A program made the position numbers and the translations under genes. A stretch of DNA of 36,932 bases, taken from positions 1 through 36,932 of the forward strand of contig WUAK01000001.1 in the NCBI GenBank assembly GCA_009827205.1, in the 5' to 3' direction. Within the stretch, counting starts at the first letter, position 1, and every line of letters begins with the position of its first letter. Shown piece after piece: positions 32,592 to 36,932 of this stretch. The DNA is from Phycisphaeraceae bacterium. GTDB taxonomy: Bacteria; Planctomycetota; Phycisphaerae; Phycisphaerales; UBA1924. Below the pieces are notes generated by a model, which was not told where the DNA came from, did not search any database, and saw nothing but the letters and a program-made list of their open reading frames with translations.

Positions 32592-33452
32592 TTACGCGAC
32601 GGCCTGAGCGCCTGAGGTCAGACCCGCCCACTCGCAGAGCCTGCGGATCGCGCCTGGCATCACTTCGTCAGCGGGGCGGAGCCCTTCGAACCACGCGGCC
32701 TCCCACTCGTACACCACGGGCCCACTCCAGCGGCGCTTGGCCAGTGCGCGAACAAACTCCTCGACCGGGCGGATGCCCGAACCGAGTTCGACCGGACCGT
32801 TCTCGTCATTGTCGCGCACACGCACGAATCCCAGCTTGGTGCGAAGCATGGTGAAAGCGTCCTCAGGAGAGTCGCCAGCTTCGTCACCGATCGCTATGTC
32901 GTATGAGGCTTTGATCAGAGGGCTCGACACGGCGTCGATGAGTTCGGCGATCTGCTCAGCGCTCGAGAAGCTGCCGCCGTTCTCGACGACGAGTGATGTT
33001 CCCGTGTGCCGGCAGTGATCGCAGGCCTTGCTCAAACGGCCCGCGATGCGCCTGAGTGCCGACCTGTGGCTTTCCCTTTCGGTCTTCTCGTAACCGAAGA
33101 CGCGGACGAACGGGCACTCGAGCTGCGCAGCGAGATCGATTGCGCGCTTCGCTTCGCGGATCGCGGCTTCGTTGTCGAAGAGCTGCCCAATGACAGGCGG
33201 GTTGATCGGCGCATCGAAGCTGGTACCGGTCGAGATGCTCACGGGCTTCAGACCCGCGGCGTCCAAGATGCTGCGGGTCTTCGCCTCGTCGGTGAGGAAC
33301 GGGTCACACGCGAACTCGCTGGCGCGGACACCGCCCGTGCGGAACTCGATGCCGTCGCAGCCCGAAGCCTCCGCAATCCGCACCGCCTCAGCGATGGTGA
33401 GGCTTGGGCAGGCGAGTGTGCTCATCGCGATTTCGATCATCGAATGCTCCAT
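32592..33452 (-). CDS. Sugar phosphate isomerase/epimerase (xylose isomerase-like TIM barrel)
   Basis: It has the typical AP_endonuc_2-type pattern: GCDGIEFR, FVRVFG and LVVENGG. It lies 16 nt upstream of queG. Confidence 0.8.
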   Translation of the reverse strand: MEHSMIEIAMSTLACPSLTIAEAVRIAEASGCDGIEFRTGGVRASEFACDPFLTDEAKTRSILDAAGLKPVSISTGTSFDAPINPPVIGQLFDNEAAIREAKRAIDLAAQLECPFVRVFGYEKTERESHRSALRRIAGRLSKACDHCRHTGTSLVVENGGSFSSAEQIAELIDAVSSPLIKASYDIAIGDEAGDSPEDAFTMLRTKLGFVRVRDNDENGPVELGSGIRPVEEFVRALAKRRWSGPVVYEWEAAWFEGLRPADEVMPGAIRRLCEWAGLTSGAQAVA

Positions 33453-33657
33453 GCCTCAGGGTGGAGGGCTTGGGTCCGGGAATGTGAAGATGGTAATCAG
33501 TAAACGGGCGCGGTCAATCCTCAGAGCCCCGACAGACCTTCCCCTTTCCCCCACTTCATCGGCTCTCAGGCCCGGTTTTCTGGCTTGCTGGCCTCCACAT
33601 CTGAGAGTTCACCCTGCAGGGGCTCCCCGCCGACTCAGGCGGGGCAGGGGAGATGTC

Positions 33658-33855
33658 ATGAAGCGGGCTAGGACTATCGCGGCAATCGGGATCATCGCGG
33701 TATCAGCCTGCGCGATGACCTCGTGCGGCAAAACGCTCAGGGACACGTTCTATGGATCTCGCACATCGGGAATCGCCCCGATCGGTGACGAGCCTGCCAG
33801 CGCGGCGCTCTTCAGCGACACTCCCAGGAGTGACCGGCGCGACTCCCTCCGCTAG
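33658..33855 (+). CDS. Small lipoprotein (65 aa)
   Basis: This is the C-terminal part of track ORF 33172..33855. ATG at 33658 has GGGGAG 7 nt upstream. [18 protein letters not shown] carries a VSAC lipobox. Confidence 0.55.
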   Translation: MKRARTIAAIGIIAVSACAMTSCGKTLRDTFYGSRTSGIAPIGDEPASAALFSDTPRSDRRDSLR

Positions 33856-33890
33856 GCTCAGGCTTTGGCGAAACACGCCGGAGCCACGCG

Positions 33891-34703
33891 ATGCAGAGAG
33901 CCGACGACTACGCTGAGTACCTCGACCTTGAACGGCTGCTGAGCGCGCAGCACACGCTGAGCGACCCGCCGCACCACGACGAGATGCTTTTCATCATCCA
34001 GCACCAGACCTCGGAGCTCTGGATGAAACTCGTGATCCACGAGATGTGCGCCACCATGGTGTACATCCAGCAGGACCAGCTCGAGGCGAGCTTCAAGATC
34101 ATGAGCCGCATCAAGCACATCCAGACGCAGCTGCTCAACCAGTGGTCGGTGCTCGCGACGCTCACACCCTCGGAGTACGCGCAATTCAGGCACGTTCTTG
34201 GCACCGCCAGCGGTTTCCAGAGCCCGCAGTACCGGATGATCGAGTTCCTGATGGGCAACAAGAACGAGCGGATGCTGGAGATGCACGCGAAGAAGCCCAA
34301 GGAGTACGCGGAGCTCAAGGAAGCACTCAACGCGCCGGGCATCTATGACGAGTTCCTGCGTCATCTCTCTCGCAAGGGGCTGCCCGTCCCCAAATCGCAC
34401 ACCGAACGCGACTGGTCAAAGCCTTACGAGCAGTCCGATGAGGTGACCGCGGTCCTGTGCACGATCTACGAAAACCCGGAGGAGTACTGGGATGACTACG
34501 AGATGTGCGAGAAGCTCGTGGACATCGAGGAGGCGTTCACGCTCTGGCGCTTCAGGCACATGAAAACCGTCGAACGCATTATCGGCTACAAGACCGGAAC
34601 GGGCGGCACAGCGGGGGTTTCATACCTTCAGCGCATCGTCAGTCAGCAGTTCTTCCCCGAGCTCTGGCACGTGCGGACAAACCTCAAGGAAGTCTCCGAC
34701 TGA
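33891..34703 (+). CDS. kynA: Tryptophan 2,3-dioxygenase
   Basis: [59 protein letters not shown] and the 270-aa length all fit. Confidence 0.9.
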   Translation: MQRADDYAEYLDLERLLSAQHTLSDPPHHDEMLFIIQHQTSELWMKLVIHEMCATMVYIQQDQLEASFKIMSRIKHIQTQLLNQWSVLATLTPSEYAQFRHVLGTASGFQSPQYRMIEFLMGNKNERMLEMHAKKPKEYAELKEALNAPGIYDEFLRHLSRKGLPVPKSHTERDWSKPYEQSDEVTAVLCTIYENPEEYWDDYEMCEKLVDIEEAFTLWRFRHMKTVERIIGYKTGTGGTAGVSYLQRIVSQQFFPELWHVRTNLKEVSD

Positions 34704-35570
34704 TCACGCAGCGCTCGAGTCCTGATCTATTGGGAAGATGAGCGTGAACTCGGTGCCCCGGCCCGGCTCTGAGTGGACCTCGATGCGTCCGCCGTGCTCT
34801 TCGATGATCCGGCGGCTGGTCGGGAGCCCGAGCCCGGTGCCCGATGACTTGGTCGTGAAGTAGGGCTTGAAGATGCTTGCGAGCATCTCTTCGTCCATGC
34901 CATTGCCCGTGTCTGCAACACGGAGCCTGGCCTCTCGCTGCTCGCCGTCGTCCGCGATCTCTGTCCGCAAGTAGATCTCGCGAGGCCCGCCGCCTTCACT
35001 TGGCTCGCCCATCGCCTGGAGCGCGTTGAGGAGGAGGTTTAGGACCGCCTGCTTCACGAGCGGCCCATCGACGTCGGCGACGACTGAATCCGTTGAAGGT
35101 GTGACATAGAGCCTCACCGATTGCCGTTCAGCCTGAGGATGGAAGAAATCTGCTAGCTCCCCCACCATCGCGTTCAGATCCGTCGGGCTCGGATCGAGCT
35201 TTTTCTCGCCCGCAAAGTCGAGGAAGTCTGTCAGGATGTCCTTGAGCCTCTCGATCTCTCGCTGAAGCGCATCGACTCGGCGACCCAGCCTTGCACGATC
35301 ATCCTGCTCGATCTCGAGTTCCGCGAGAGACTCTGCAAGCAGTTGGATGTTGAGCCTGATGGTCGAAAGTGGGTTCTTGATCTCGTGGGCCAGACCGCTG
35401 GTCATAGAACCGAGTTCGGCGAGCCGTTCAGCGGATCTGGCTCTTCGTTCGGCTCGGCGGACGCGCACGATCTGTTTGCGAGAATTTGCTCTGGAGAAGA
35501 GCGTGGAGACCGCGCCGCCTACAGCGAGACCAACACCACCTGCAATCAGCCAACCGACCACGTCCGACAT
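34704..35570 (-). CDS. Sensor histidine kinase (one N-terminal TM, HisKA, HATPase_c; no obvious sensor domain)
   Basis: The H-box is SGLAHEIKNPLSTI, the N-box is LLNALQA, and the G-boxes are DTGNGM and GTGLGL. No response regulator is adjacent. Confidence 0.85.
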   Translation of the reverse strand: MSDVVGWLIAGGVGLAVGGAVSTLFSRANSRKQIVRVRRAERRARSAERLAELGSMTSGLAHEIKNPLSTIRLNIQLLAESLAELEIEQDDRARLGRRVDALQREIERLKDILTDFLDFAGEKKLDPSPTDLNAMVGELADFFHPQAERQSVRLYVTPSTDSVVADVDGPLVKQAVLNLLLNALQAMGEPSEGGGPREIYLRTEIADDGEQREARLRVADTGNGMDEEMLASIFKPYFTTKSSGTGLGLPTSRRIIEEHGGRIEVHSEPGRGTEFTLIFPIDQDSSAA

Positions 35571-35591
35571 GCAAGGAGGATAGGTGCGGAA

Positions 35592-35876
35592 TTACTGCCG
35601 GCTCGTCCTGGCGTGCGACCGCCTCGGAACGACAGTCACCTCGACAGAGTCGTCGCGTACAACCCGCGTTGCACGCCAGCCCTTGTCGCTCTTGGACGCG
35701 TCGTACTCAACGTGCGAGCCATCCTTGAGCGCTCTGAAACCGTCGCCTTCGATGCAGGTAAAGTGAATAAAGATGTCCTGGCCTTCAGGCCCGACGACAA
35801 AGCCGAAACCTTTGCGAGAATCAAACCATTTGACGACACCCCGCGCGCCGACAATTTCGCTCGATGACTCGGTCAT
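35592..35876 (-). CDS. Cold-shock domain protein (CspA family) with a roughly 25-aa C-terminal extension
   Basis: GVVKWFDSRKGFGFV is RNP1 and DIFIHF is RNP2. The protein is 94 aa, against about 67-70 aa for typical members. Confidence 0.85.
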   Translation of the reverse strand: MTESSSEIVGARGVVKWFDSRKGFGFVVGPEGQDIFIHFTCIEGDGFRALKDGSHVEYDASKSDKGWRATRVVRDDSVEVTVVPRRSHARTSRQ

Positions 35877-36065
35877 CCGAGTACCCCCTAACTACCAGGC
35901 GCCGAGGAAACGAGAAGTGCTCACACGCGAACCAGAATGGCTTGGTGTGAAAGTGCAACCGAACGAGAATCAGTTGCACCCCTGACACGGCGCTGGTTGT
36001 ACAGCAGCCAGAAGGCTGCGAGAAAGACCCAACACCCGAGCCAACCCCCCGGTGCTGGACAACCC

Positions 36066-36095
36066 AATGTACCGGAACCCGCCGTGTCGCGTCAA
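36066..36095 (-). promoter_or_regulatory. Sigma70-like promoter candidate for the csp gene, implying a 5' UTR of about 180 nt
   Basis: On the minus strand, TTGACG (36095-36090) is followed by an 18-nt spacer and TACATT (36071-36066). The site lies just downstream of the pnp terminator. Confidence 0.4.
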
Positions 36096-36117
36096 TCCGG
36101 GGATTGGGTATACAAAC

Positions 36118-36144
36118 AGAGCCCCGACTCGAAGCCGGGGCTCT
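36118..36144 (-). terminator. Rho-independent terminator after pnp
   Basis: AGAGCCCCG-gcttcgagt-CGGGGCTCT is a 9-bp stem followed on the minus strand by GTTTGTAT. Confidence 0.55.
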
Positions 36145-36198
36145 GGATAAGTGCCTCTATGCACCACCCGTTCGGGCGGATTTGGATGAATAGCGAAT

Positions 36199-36932
36199 TT
36201 ACTCGGCGGTCGCGGTCGCTTCGGCGTCCTCTGACTCGCCCTCTTCGCCCTTCTTATCGGCTTCTTCCTTCAAGAGAGCCTTGCGGCTCAGCTTGATGCG
36301 GCCCTGATCATCTACGTTGATGACCTTGACGCGGATCGAATCGCCCACGTTCACGACGTTGGTGACTTTCTCGACGTAGCCGTCGTCGAGCTCTGAGATG
36401 TGGCACATGCCGTCGGTGCCTGGAGCCAGCTCCACGAAAGCGCCAAAGTCCTTCACGCTGACAACCTTGCCCTCGTAGATCGCACCGACCTTGATCGATT
36501 CGCAGAGTGCCTCGACCTCGGCGAGCGCGGCCTTAAGGGAAGTCATGTCGGTGGACGAGATGAAGACGGTGCCGTCTTCCTCGACATCGATCTCGACGCC
36601 GTGCTTGTCCTGGAGGCCGCGGATCATCTTGCCGCCGGGGCCGATGAGCTTGCCGATCTTGTCTGGATCAATCTTGATCGTCTCCATGCCCGGAGCGAAG
36701 TCGCTGATCTCATCGCGGGGCGCTGGGATGGTCGTCTCCATCTGAGTGATCAGATCGATACGGCCTTCCTTCGCCTGGTCGAAGATCTCTTCGATCTGCT
36801 TCATCGACAAGCCGCGAGCCTTGAGGTCGAGCTGGATGCCCGTGATACCCTCGCGTGTGCCCGAGACCTTGAAGTCCATGTCGCCGACGAAGTCCTCTTC
36901 GCCGAGGATGTCGGTGACGAAGACCTCGTTGT
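36199..36932 (-). CDS. pnp: Polyribonucleotide nucleotidyltransferase (PNPase), C-terminal part with KH and S1 domains; N-terminus beyond the right edge
   Basis: Motifs are GDMDFKVSGT, KIGKLIGPGGKMIRGL (KH) and GAIYEGKVVSVKDFGAFVEL (S1). The frame stays open upstream of M36879 to the window end (..NEVFVTDILGEEDFVGDMDFKV). Confidence 0.95.
   Translation of the reverse strand, partial: NEVFVTDILGEEDFVGDMDFKVSGTREGITGIQLDLKARGLSMKQIEEIFDQAKEGRIDLITQMETTIPAPRDEISDFAPGMETIKIDPDKIGKLIGPGGKMIRGLQDKHGVEIDVEEDGTVFISSTDMTSLKAALAEVEALCESIKVGAIYEGKVVSVKDFGAFVELAPGTDGMCHISELDDGYVEKVTNVVNVGDSIRVKVINVDDQGRIKLSRKALLKEEADKKGEEGESEDAEATATAE

Noticed and set aside
35573-35766. Perfect AAGGAGGA Shine-Dalgarno followed by a GTG ORF (35584..35766) antisense to the csp gene
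   Set aside because: The 3-nt spacer is too short. The ORF is antisense to a clearly real cold-shock gene and encodes low-complexity sequence. The AAGGAGGA is simply the complement of the CCTCCTT upstream of the kinase start.
1-36932. Searched by eye for CRISPR arrays, tRNA/rRNA/tmRNA genes, IS elements or transposases, integrases, toxin-antitoxin pairs and riboswitches (for example FMN upstream of ribD)
   Set aside because: None was found. There are no regularly spaced direct repeats and no tRNA-like T-arm or acceptor patterns in intergenic DNA. ribD has no leader, starting 2 nt after the preceding gene, and no recombinase motifs appear in any frame I read. A covariance-model or HMM scan would be needed for certainty.

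Overview
This is a gene-dense, high-GC window of about 60-65% by eye, with genes on both strands. It looks chromosomal. The Cys-rich 'GC-type' dockerin tails and the PEP-CTERM-like 'IPSP...RRRR' tails suggest a Planctomycetota/Phycisphaerae-like organism, but that taxon is an inference and was not measured.

The left third (1-12.9 kb) is a cell-surface and accessory region. It holds three secreted proteins, two of which are beta-helix proteins sharing a near-identical dockerin-like 3' module. It also holds a 60-aa secreted peptide and an orphan mobile-element-like pair: a RepA-like AAA_25 ATPase with an HTH, plus a two-CxxC protein. That pair is bracketed by related palindromic hairpins and a cluster of GTGCGCAC palindromes. 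Further along are a secreted protein, an Lpp-like heptad lipoprotein and a Zn-ribbon membrane protein. A small Zn-ribbon membrane protein and a Fur-family regulator then sit behind a sigma70-like promoter with a Fur-box-like site. The region ends with a lower-GC HAF-repeat protein carrying a PEP-CTERM-like tail and about 570 nt of apparently non-coding DNA.

The right two thirds (12.9-36.9 kb) are mostly housekeeping. They encode HMG-CoA lyase, three crotonase paralogs, ribD, a YgfZ-like protein, an M42 peptidase and a long acyl-CoA dehydrogenase. A 2-oxoacid dehydrogenase E1alpha/E1beta/E2 operon follows, in which E1beta is broken by a 1-nt frameshift. After it come an SRAP (YedK-like) peptidase, a DUF2007-like protein, a GNAT, an MBL hydrolase and a hotdog-like protein. 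Then come a PEP-CTERM-tailed protein that resembles pyroglutamyl peptidase but has Ser in place of the nucleophile Cys, and a 12-TM membrane protein. The window closes with queG, a TIM-barrel isomerase, a small lipoprotein, kynA, a cold-shock protein plus minimal histidine kinase pair, and the 3' part of pnp.

I saw no rRNA, tRNA, CRISPR array, transposase or integrase. No single locus gives strong evidence for a new multi-gene system. The best leads are the dockerin-module pair with its small 'GC-tail' peptide, the AAA_25/two-CxxC cassette with its palindromes, the Zn-ribbon/Fur operon and the Ser-variant C15-like surface protein. Every family assignment comes from reading motifs by eye. No search was run.
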